From: Candidatus Zixiibacteriota bacterium
Lineage (GTDB): Bacteria; Zixibacteria; MSB-5A5; UBA10806; 4484-95
Length of the DNA stretch: 50,264 nt
Direction of reading: 5' to 3'
Assembly: GCA_029932605.1 (NCBI GenBank)
Contig: JAOZPT010000013.1
Span: forward strand, 1-50,264
In this document: positions 39,470 to 47,643 of the stretch, piece by piece
How the letters are laid out: the number at the start of each line of letters is the position of its first letter
Position numbering within the stretch: position 1 is the first letter of the stretch
The notes under the pieces: generated by a model
What the model was told of the DNA's origin: nothing
What the model saw: the letters and a program-made list of their open reading frames with translations, nothing else
Databases searched by the model: none
Translations under genes and position numbers: made by a program

Positions 39470-40990
39470 TCAATTATCATTAAACCTTAAAACTATACCC
39501 GGCGAAGAAAGTATTATTTCAAATTCAATACTCCAGTCCGTTTCATCGACTCCGGGAATATTTCCCTTATTTTTTATATCAGCAACACCGCAGGCTATCC
39601 TGGCTTGCAGAAAACTGTCTCTGTGGAATAAAAGTTCAAATTGGCCCCCAAGCCTTTTCTCGACGACACCCGAGGGAAATTTCTCAGAGTATGTACTGTC
39701 ATCGATCCAGGGCGTTTCCCAGTCGTTATTTATTCGTCCCTCTCCTCTATTTAGAACATAAAATATAAACCCACCGGTCAAACCCCTTTTAATATGATAC
39801 GTATATGATAGATTGACCGATTCATTATCAGGGCCAAGAGGGTGTCCTAACGGATAGTTTTGATTAACATAGCGGTTTCTGGGTTTCATCTGATTATAGG
39901 TTCTGTTGTTGATACGGGTATATTCAAGCTCCATAAAGCCCATTCTAACCGGAAAATCAAATATATCAACCCCGGCAATAAAACCTATTTCATTGGGTTC
40001 ATAATCGGAGGCGGTTTTTTTCTCAATCTGATAATCGTCTATCAGCAACTCAAGGTAACCCGCATATCGATTTTTAAGTCGAATAACCGTCTCGATACCG
40101 AAGAAGGTGTTGTCATCGATATTGGCGTTTAACTGTTCGGCGTGGAACCATAGAAGCGGCATTGCATAAGATGGCTCAAATCGTCGTCCAAACCCGCCAT
40201 ACACGACCGATTCCTTTAAAACAAAGTCCAGCCATTTGACTGGTGAAATCATTAAAGCATGCGCTGAAAAATACCTGTTCTCCGTATGTCCGCTTTCAAG
40301 GAAAAGCGAATCTACTTTGATTGGTGATAAACAGGCGATAGTCGAATGAAATGAGAGGGTCTTACGTATCCTGTAGTCGATAAACAATCCATCGAGAGGC
40401 ATAGCCGTTGCTGACAACATCAGGGTTTTTCCTTTTCGGGCAACGCCCCATGCGCACCGTCGACGGCCGAAACCAATCGATAATCTCTTCGTCCTGTAAC
40501 TTATCATCGCCAGTTCACCATAACCGGCAAATTCACTCCATCGCTTGCCGGTATAAAGTGAATCATCATTAAGTCCACTGTCAATCCTGTAGGCGATATC
40601 GATAAACAGATTTGGCGAGATTTTATAATTTGCTCCGGGGTAAAAGGCGAAATAGCTTTTTGAAACATCGCCATTAAACAAGCCATAAGGAACAACCGAT
40701 AAATTGAGCTTGAGGCCTTCCAATTCATTGTGAAAACGGCGGTCTAGATAAGCCAACGGCTTGGTCAGCTTATCAAACATAGGCGGTATACCTTCCAGGG
40801 AAAGCCCTGATATATATCTATAATCGACCGGTATAAACAACGCAGCCTGCGCATCTACATAACCCCTGAGATACAGCTCCCTCAAATAATCATATGATAT
40901 TCTTGTATCAGGTCTACCTACAGGCAACATACTTCCAAAAGCTAAATTGGAGCATAAAACGACAATAAAAAATCTTAATGTAATTCTCAT
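39470..40990 (-). CDS. Capsule assembly Wzi-family outer-membrane protein
   Basis: Signal peptide, GRRRCAWG...LMLS, ESVVYGG, ELLIDD, EYTRI and PLGHPLGPD. It lies in the EPS export operon. Confidence 0.75.
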   Translation of the reverse strand: MRITLRFFIVVLCSNLAFGSMLPVGRPDTRISYDYLRELYLRGYVDAQAALFIPVDYRYISGLSLEGIPPMFDKLTKPLAYLDRRFHNELEGLKLNLSVVPYGLFNGDVSKSYFAFYPGANYKISPNLFIDIAYRIDSGLNDDSLYTGKRWSEFAGYGELAMISYRTKRLSIGFGRRRCAWGVARKGKTLMLSATAMPLDGLFIDYRIRKTLSFHSTIACLSPIKVDSLFLESGHTENRYFSAHALMISPVKWLDFVLKESVVYGGFGRRFEPSYAMPLLWFHAEQLNANIDDNTFFGIETVIRLKNRYAGYLELLIDDYQIEKKTASDYEPNEIGFIAGVDIFDFPVRMGFMELEYTRINNRTYNQMKPRNRYVNQNYPLGHPLGPDNESVNLSYTYHIKRGLTGGFIFYVLNRGEGRINNDWETPWIDDSTYSEKFPSGVVEKRLGGQFELLFHRDSFLQARIACGVADIKNKGNIPGVDETDWSIEFEIILSSPGIVLRFNDN

Positions 40991-40996
40991 TTAATT

Positions 40997-42169
40997 CTAT
41001 GATAAAGTTGGTTCAAGGGTACTTCTTTTTTCCTGACTTTTGTTGGTAAGATTTATCGTTACCCGGCGCCCGTCAAAATCAGCTATTAGACTGTTTATCT
41101 TCCTCTCATCAAGAGTATTACCGTCAAGGAATAGCTCTTTTGGGTTATGTGCATTATAGCGATTCCTTTCAGACTTGCCGCCTTTGTAAGATGGAATTCT
41201 TTCCGGCTCGTACAAGCTTTCATTATCGCTGATGATATTTACTACGTTATTGTTTCCAAATCTCTTTTTCATCTGTTTGAAAAGCTCGTCAGCCTTTTTT
41301 CCCGAACCAACTATGATAATACTTTTTTGACCTTCCTGCCGCTTTGCGAAAAAGCCAGCCAATCGAGGAACCAGAATAAATCTGTTGAACCTTAATCCGA
41401 CCAAACCAACTACGTAACCGAACATCAACGCTAAACGAAAGTCGGCAAAATATATTTTCTTTAAAAAGAAAAGTATCGCTACAAATACTACATAAGCCCA
41501 GGTCAATCCCCCCATATCTATACCGAACCTTTTCTTTCCGGCAAAAAAGCGGTTGTTTTTATAATTTCTCGAAAGAACAAAACCATAACAACATGCAAAT
41601 GAAGCAAGAAGATAAATGAGCTCTTTTGCTCCCCAAAGCAAGGGTATCTTACTCGATTGGAAGATTTCTCCTTGAAGCGTAAAACCAAAAAATAACGCCA
41701 GAATAGCCATGAAAATATTGGTTGCAACACTTAGAATATTCTCTACCCTGTCATGTTTATTTTTATAAGGCTCATATTTATATGCGTAACCGGCATCAAT
41801 CATTCGCTTTCGCTCGGTAGAAGCCGATTTTGTAATTTTCAGGATATCATCTATATCAAAAGGCTTCATGAGATAGTCATAAACACCCAATTTTATAGAG
41901 TCAACAGCTGCATTAAAATCATTTCGACCGCTCATAACGATTGCCACGGTCAGGGGCGATTTCCTTTTCAGTGTTTTTAAAATATAAAAGCCATCGATAC
42001 TGGGTAAGACCAGGTCTATAAAGGCGATATCAAAGTCTTTTTTATATATCAGATTCAAAGCTTTGGAGCCGTCACCAACAACGGTAACCTGATGTCCATC
42101 CCTGGACAAGATCTCGTTTAACAGTGTGGTTATATGTTTGTTGTTGTCGACAACAAGTACTTCAGCCAT
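40997..42169 (-). CDS. Response regulator: receiver domain + 4 TM + Rossmann-like module resembling the non-catalytic part of a priming PGT
   Basis: Receiver motifs VLVVDN, FIDLVLP.IDG, MSG and YLMKPF. These are followed by four hydrophobic helices and SIIIVGSGKKA. Confidence 0.8.
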   Translation of the reverse strand: MAEVLVVDNNKHITTLLNEILSRDGHQVTVVGDGSKALNLIYKKDFDIAFIDLVLPSIDGFYILKTLKRKSPLTVAIVMSGRNDFNAAVDSIKLGVYDYLMKPFDIDDILKITKSASTERKRMIDAGYAYKYEPYKNKHDRVENILSVATNIFMAILALFFGFTLQGEIFQSSKIPLLWGAKELIYLLASFACCYGFVLSRNYKNNRFFAGKKRFGIDMGGLTWAYVVFVAILFFLKKIYFADFRLALMFGYVVGLVGLRFNRFILVPRLAGFFAKRQEGQKSIIIVGSGKKADELFKQMKKRFGNNNVVNIISDNESLYEPERIPSYKGGKSERNRYNAHNPKELFLDGNTLDERKINSLIADFDGRRVTINLTNKSQEKRSTLEPTLS

Positions 42170-42175
42170 TTTCTT

Positions 42176-43600
42176 CTACCTGGCGCCCTTACCGGAAAGC
42201 ACTGCCGGAATTGTCCTGGCAAGGATTTTAGTATCCAGCCAAAGTGACCAGTTATCGATATACTCCAGGTCCATTTTCATCCACTGCTCGAAGCTGATAT
42301 CATTTCTTCCGCCAACCTGCCAGAGGCATGTAAGGCCCGGTTTCACAGATAGTTTTCGTCTTTGCCAGAGGTCGTATTTTTTTACTTCATTAGCCAGCGG
42401 TGGTCGTGGCCCCACCAAAGACATATCTCCTCTCAAAACATTAAAAAGCTGTGGCAACTCATCAATAGAGGTTTTTCTCAACCACCTGCCAAAAGTGGTT
42501 ATTCTTGGGTCATTCTTTATCTTAAAAGCTGGGCCATCCATCTCATTTCGCTTGAGCAAATTTGCTTTGAGTTTTTCAGCATCAACAACCATCGTCCTAA
42601 ATTTATAAAGCGAAAATTTCTTACCATTAAGTCCACAGCGTTCCTGTTTAAATAAAATCGGCCCTTTTGATGATAATTTGATAGCTAACGCAACAAAAAA
42701 CATCAGAGGTGATAATAAAATTATGCCAATAGCGGCTACGACACGATCAATAACACATTTAAAGATGAAAGCAATATTTGCTCGGGGGGCAGTATCAAAA
42801 AGCAACATTGGATATTCCAAGAACTGATCAACTCTCTCCTTTGCATATTTTGCAGGGAAGAAATCAGCCAGCACTGCCACCCGTGTGCCCATCTCCTGAC
42901 AGATTGCAACAGATTTTTCAACTTTCCTGAGATGGCCATTTTCAACAGCGTAAACCACCCAATCAACCTGTTGGGACTTGATTATGTCCGGCAAATCCTC
43001 AAGGCATCCTATATAAGGAATATCACGATAGCTTGAGAGGTGATATTTGGAAGTACCCTTTGGGGATCCTTTCCAATCAATAAAACCAGTGATGTTAAAT
43101 CCCCAGTGGACATTTTCGATGACCTTATCAGCAAATTCCTTAGCCTTTTTACCCCTACCAACGATTATCACGGTTTGACTGTTGTATCCACGTTTCCTGT
43201 AATATCTTAAAAGAGAATTAACAGTAAGGCGGAGAAGATTGAGACTTATCAAACTCAAAATTAAAAAGCTGGCAACTTGAATCCTGCTCTGGTTGGGATA
43301 CCCCATCACAAAAAAGTAAACTAGGAAAAGCCCCGATGCCTTTAAAGAAGCAGAGGTCGATGCTTGCATAATCTCAAAACCGGTTCTCAGACGGAATGTA
43401 TAACAGCCTTTATGGTTCCAGAGAACCAATCCCCAGATGACGATAGCAGCTAACATAAAATCGTCAAATGTGAAATGTGTAATCCCTGTTTTATAATAGA
43501 AGGCTTTAACATATAAAGATATCTGAAAACTCAGCACGACCAAACACAGGTCGGCGGTAAATAAAAGTTTCCTCAGCGTATTGAAGTGTTCCCTAATCAT
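42176..43600 (-). CDS. Undecaprenyl-phosphate sugar phosphotransferase (WcaJ/WbaP-type priming PGT)
   Basis: 4 TM, VIIVGRG, K..ID, FKQER.G, KFRTM, DPRIT, SIDELPQLFNVLRGDMSLVGPRP and KPGLT..WQV. Confidence 0.95.
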   Translation of the reverse strand: MIREHFNTLRKLLFTADLCLVVLSFQISLYVKAFYYKTGITHFTFDDFMLAAIVIWGLVLWNHKGCYTFRLRTGFEIMQASTSASLKASGLFLVYFFVMGYPNQSRIQVASFLILSLISLNLLRLTVNSLLRYYRKRGYNSQTVIIVGRGKKAKEFADKVIENVHWGFNITGFIDWKGSPKGTSKYHLSSYRDIPYIGCLEDLPDIIKSQQVDWVVYAVENGHLRKVEKSVAICQEMGTRVAVLADFFPAKYAKERVDQFLEYPMLLFDTAPRANIAFIFKCVIDRVVAAIGIILLSPLMFFVALAIKLSSKGPILFKQERCGLNGKKFSLYKFRTMVVDAEKLKANLLKRNEMDGPAFKIKNDPRITTFGRWLRKTSIDELPQLFNVLRGDMSLVGPRPPLANEVKKYDLWQRRKLSVKPGLTCLWQVGGRNDISFEQWMKMDLEYIDNWSLWLDTKILARTIPAVLSGKGAR

Positions 43601-43646
43601 TAATGCCCCCTTTAATGATTATTTTTTTACAAATTGTTCAAGTTTA

Positions 43647-43673
43647 CATTCGGCATTAATAAGAAAATGTTTA
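43647..43673 (-). promoter_or_regulatory. Putative sigma28-type promoter of the PGT-regulator-wzi operon
   Basis: TAAA-N15-GCCGAATG on the minus strand, 47 nt upstream of the ATG. Confidence 0.45.
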
Positions 43674-43901
43674 GTTTTGAAACAATTTAATGTATTCAGC
43701 TGTAACATTGGGCATTTAACAATCATAAAAAGTGAAATGTAACGATATGAAACAACACCTGTTATAGAGTTTAAGACTCAAAATTGGCGTTGAAACATCC
43801 ATTTTAAGACATCATGGTTTACACCTATAATCAACCTGTTAAAATGCATTCTTTATGATTATTCATTAATCTTTGTTCAATGATAAGCCTGTTTTTTTTA
43901 A

Positions 43902-46190
43902 TTACTTAAGCCTGTCAATAACGAATATGGTTGTTGCAACCGAACCAAGTATAGTTGCGGTCGAGCTAATAATGTCACTCCAATCGGTCTTGCTTTTTAA
44001 TCTCGACGGCACAACAACTGCATCACCAAGCTCAATAACTTTTTTTCGAGCCTTGCGTCCGTAAAATACTTTGCCGTCAGGTTTCACGAGGCGGATCTCC
44101 GATTTATCAGCATCCGGTGTAAAGCCACCGGCCTGCTCGATATAGAACATAGCCTTTTTGTTTTTAACATAGGCAATGGTGCCGTTGGCAGCGACAGCTC
44201 CAATAACCTGAACACCGGACGGATAAGTAGGTATATAGATGTAATCACCACCTGAGAGAACTATATCTTGTGGTCCATCAGGCTCCTTTAAAATTTTATC
44301 AAGGTCGATGATTATTCTATTTAATAATGAAGGATTGAAATCTACTTTATTGCTTGTTATGGGATGGCCAAGAGAATCCATCTGGGTCTCCCGGCTGTTT
44401 TCAATTATCTTACCTATATTTCGACGTGTAACATCCTCCTCAATTGAACTGCGATAGAACATCGCCCCCTTCGAAAACGCTGATGGCGTTAAACCACCGG
44501 CCCTCTTTATAAGATCAGACAATCTCTCATCTTTCTGCTTGATAGCATACTGGCCTGGGAAAATTACCTCACCCTCGATTGTAACTATCTGTACTGGTCG
44601 CCAATCAGGGATCAACCTTATGAAAACATGGTCATCCTCTTTTAAAAATATATCAGCGCCGGGTTTCTTATTTATAAGAACATCTTCAAGATTAACGGAG
44701 ACGATATTGGGAGGGTTACCCGGGTTTGCTCTGGCAATTTCAGCTCTGACCATATACGCCTGTTTGGTCAGGTTACCAGCCAAAAAGATAAGGTCAGTGA
44801 GTTTCATTCCCTGATATAACGGATAAACGTCCGGTTTTTTTATAGCTCCGGTGATGCTTACAGATTTCTTTCGCTTAACCTGGTCATTAGAATAGACCAC
44901 TAAATTGTCGAACGGTTGAAGATAAATATCTGAAGCTTGGTCGCCCTCGAGGATTTTCTCGAGGTTAACAGGTATTATTTCCTTCTCACCATTATCGTAT
45001 GTTCGGTAAAGGTCAGCTCGTTTTTTATAAGTGTTTCCTTTTAATTGTTCGCCACAAGCTATGAGCTGTGAGATACGCATCGAATCGGTAAAGCCAAACG
45101 GTCCCGGGTGCTTAACATGACCTGTCAGTTGAACCATGTTCTCATGAAAATCGTAAATCGATGGAACACTGATTCTGTCACCATCTTGGAGTAATATGTT
45201 ATTTTCGGCAATGCCTGCTGTATCAGCGAGATTGAGGTCTTTTAATATACGGCTATCGTTTGGGCCAACCCTATCCAAACTTATCGATTCCAGAAAGGCG
45301 GTGGGATTGGTTCCACCAGCAATTTCTAATAAATCTGTGACCCTTTCGTCACCTTTAAGCTCATAGATCGCTGGTCTTTTTACCTCACCACTTATACTCA
45401 CCAGAGGTCCTGCTACCGGAACATAAACCACATCGCCCGAAAGAAGCTTTAAATCGCCTTTTGTATCGCCCCTTAAAAGTAGGTCATATAAGTCATAATG
45501 ACTGAAAACCTTGGTGTTGCGGATAAGCCTAACATCACGCAAACTTCCATTGGTTGTTATCCCATCAGCTACGTATAAAGCATGGAGAAGCGTTGCCAAA
45601 GAGGACACACTATAACCCCCGGGCTTGTTAACCTCGCCAAATACAAATATCCTGATTTGCCTTAACTTGCCCAAAGCAACCGAAACATGGTAATCAGAAT
45701 ACACATCGTTAAGTTTATCTTTAAGGCTTTGCTTAAATTGTTCAAGCGTTTTGCCCACAGCTACTAACTCGCCAACTTTGGGAATAAATACCTTACCCTC
45801 CCGATCCACAGTTAGGGTTAATTCAAGGTCAACCCGGCCCCAGACATTAACTATAAGATTGTCTCCCGGCCCAAGTGTATAGTCCGCTGGCGGTAAAGAA
45901 ACCAAATTTGGAGCATATAAAGCCCCGGAACCGGTAAATATATTATGACCAAAAAGTACTAACTCTTGTCCCGCACTAGGTGTTTGCTGGGCTACATTCT
46001 CTGTCGACGATGTTTGTGTCTCCTCTGTGAAATACTCCGGGGATGTAAATCTTTCGGTCTCGTAATCGACTGGGAGTTTTTGTTTCTCCTGATATTTTTT
46101 AATTATACCTTCTTGAGACTGGGTTAGCTGTCCAAAGCTACTCACAACTCCATAGATAAAAAACAGTGTCAAAGCTATTGTTTTTCTCAT
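43902..46190 (-). CDS. Polysaccharide export protein with multiple SLBB domains (Wza/KpsD-like)
   Basis: Poly_export motif YTLGPGD...VDREGKVFIPKVG and repeated V.GEV..PG.Y...AGG SLBB units. Confidence 0.92.
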   Translation of the reverse strand: MRKTIALTLFFIYGVVSSFGQLTQSQEGIIKKYQEKQKLPVDYETERFTSPEYFTEETQTSSTENVAQQTPSAGQELVLFGHNIFTGSGALYAPNLVSLPPADYTLGPGDNLIVNVWGRVDLELTLTVDREGKVFIPKVGELVAVGKTLEQFKQSLKDKLNDVYSDYHVSVALGKLRQIRIFVFGEVNKPGGYSVSSLATLLHALYVADGITTNGSLRDVRLIRNTKVFSHYDLYDLLLRGDTKGDLKLLSGDVVYVPVAGPLVSISGEVKRPAIYELKGDERVTDLLEIAGGTNPTAFLESISLDRVGPNDSRILKDLNLADTAGIAENNILLQDGDRISVPSIYDFHENMVQLTGHVKHPGPFGFTDSMRISQLIACGEQLKGNTYKKRADLYRTYDNGEKEIIPVNLEKILEGDQASDIYLQPFDNLVVYSNDQVKRKKSVSITGAIKKPDVYPLYQGMKLTDLIFLAGNLTKQAYMVRAEIARANPGNPPNIVSVNLEDVLINKKPGADIFLKEDDHVFIRLIPDWRPVQIVTIEGEVIFPGQYAIKQKDERLSDLIKRAGGLTPSAFSKGAMFYRSSIEEDVTRRNIGKIIENSRETQMDSLGHPITSNKVDFNPSLLNRIIIDLDKILKEPDGPQDIVLSGGDYIYIPTYPSGVQVIGAVAANGTIAYVKNKKAMFYIEQAGGFTPDADKSEIRLVKPDGKVFYGRKARKKVIELGDAVVVPSRLKSKTDWSDIISSTATILGSVATTIFVIDRLK

Positions 46191-46240
46191 TAACCACCTA
46201 ACCTGTTAATTCTTATATACTTACTCGACTAAAAAAATAA

Positions 46241-46256
46241 AGCAAATAATATGCCG
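46241..46256 (-). promoter_or_regulatory. sigma54 -24/-12 promoter of the export gene
   Basis: CGGCATATTATTTGCT (GG-N10-GC), 51 nt upstream of the ATG. Confidence 0.6.
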
Positions 46257-46395
46257 TCAACACCATTAAGAGTTTATAAACATAATTTGTAGCCTATCAA
46301 TAAGTTACTCGTTATCATGGAAATCTGTGCCAAAAAAGTTATATTCGAAAAGGGAAAAAAGTATCTGATAAATCTGAAAAATATTCAATTCAAAA

Positions 46396-46415
46396 ATGTG
46401 CAATATATTACACAT
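46396..46415. promoter_or_regulatory. Palindromic operator / candidate enhancer site
   Basis: ATGTGCAATATATTACACAT is a 20-bp palindrome with one mismatched pair. Confidence 0.5.
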
Positions 46416-46540
46416 GAACCACATTGCCTAATCAAATAAAAGGTGACCTTTTAATCGGATTTTTTCAGAGAAATAATGTATCCGGTTGTAAAACATATCG
46501 TTATATCCACAAATGCAAGCTGTTTATACTGTCAATTAGA

Positions 46541-46556
46541 GGGTATGGTTTTTGCC
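46541..46556 (+). promoter_or_regulatory. sigma54 -24/-12 promoter (divergent)
   Basis: GGGTATGGTTTTTGCC (GG-N10-GC). Confidence 0.5.
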
Positions 46557-46638
46557 CTGATAGAATGATGATACAAGATTGGTAAACAGCCATAAGGGGG
46601 GAAAGGCGCTGGCAACATTGTTAACGAGGTAGGGTAGT

Positions 46639-47073
46639 ATTAAAAAGGCATTTTTATTTTTAGTATTAATCGGGGCTTATCTTTTCATTCCTGTAAATAA
46701 CTTATCCGCGGGCATACTTTTCAATTACCCTCGGGATGGGCATTTCAAGTTATTGTCCGCCAAATATGACAAGTGGTATTATGTAGATAACGAAAATTGG
46801 TATTTCAAGGCTCCTGATAAGTGGCAGCATTATATCGGAAATTATTTTGCCGCAAAGTTGTTAAAGGATAAAGTAGGCATTATTCCAACAATTTCCCTCC
46901 TCTCAACGGCTAGCATTTTAAAAGAAATAGAGGATGGTTATAGAGAGGGCGCCTCCATCAGAGACCTTGAGATGAATCTTTTTGGTATAATAACGGGCCT
47001 TTTCCAGCAGAACTTAATATGTTACTACGATAATGAAAAAATACTCCTAATATATTATTTCAACCACTTTTAA
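46639..47073 (+). CDS. Small exported/membrane protein, YfiM/DUF2279-like; probable ATT start
   Basis: DKWQH, KE..D and GAS..DL..N..G motifs. An in-frame signal peptide IKKAFLFLVLIGAYLF...LSA follows GAGGTAGGG. Confidence 0.6.
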   Translation: MKKAFLFLVLIGAYLFIPVNNLSAGILFNYPRDGHFKLLSAKYDKWYYVDNENWYFKAPDKWQHYIGNYFAAKLLKDKVGIIPTISLLSTASILKEIEDGYREGASIRDLEMNLFGIITGLFQQNLICYYDNEKILLIYYFNHF

Positions 47074-47643
47074 AACATAGAGGATTGCTTTATTTCTCAA
47101 TGTGAAAATTCTGCATAGTATATTATATTGACTTAAAAAAACACTTAAGAAAGGGGAAACAAACCTGATAAAATAAATTTACCTTTCAGATTCAGAAAAC
47201 AATCTCTTTGTAAAGTCCAAATTACCAGCAGACAATTATTGATATAATTGATCTAACAGGAAGTTATATAAAGCATGTTTTGCAAGACAACGACTTATCT
47301 TCTTATGAAATGTCGTATCCCGCCTTGTTCAGGTATTATTTTAAATATTGGGCAAAAAAAGAGAGTTCACCAAGTTCTTAAGTGAATCGGATATTAAAAA
47401 AAGGTTGAAATTAATTAGTTGCTTCTGAAAAAACGGTTAATTCATTTGCTTTAAACGGAGTTATATGGTAAAAGGTGGTAATCAAATTACAAGGAATCGT
47501 GGGATTTTTGTCAAAAAGTTTGAGTTTGCAAAATGGAAAACAGATGAACTGAAAAATGTGGAAATATCATAACATCATAAAATCCTCATGCATATTAAAG
47601 GATATGCTATTGTTTTGATTAACTTTATATCAGGGAGTTGAAA

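Noticed and set aside
43690..43830. TGT...ACA-like and TTTAAGAC repeats upstream of the PGT
   Set aside because: They are short and irregularly spaced in AT-rich DNA, so not distinguishable from chance by eye.
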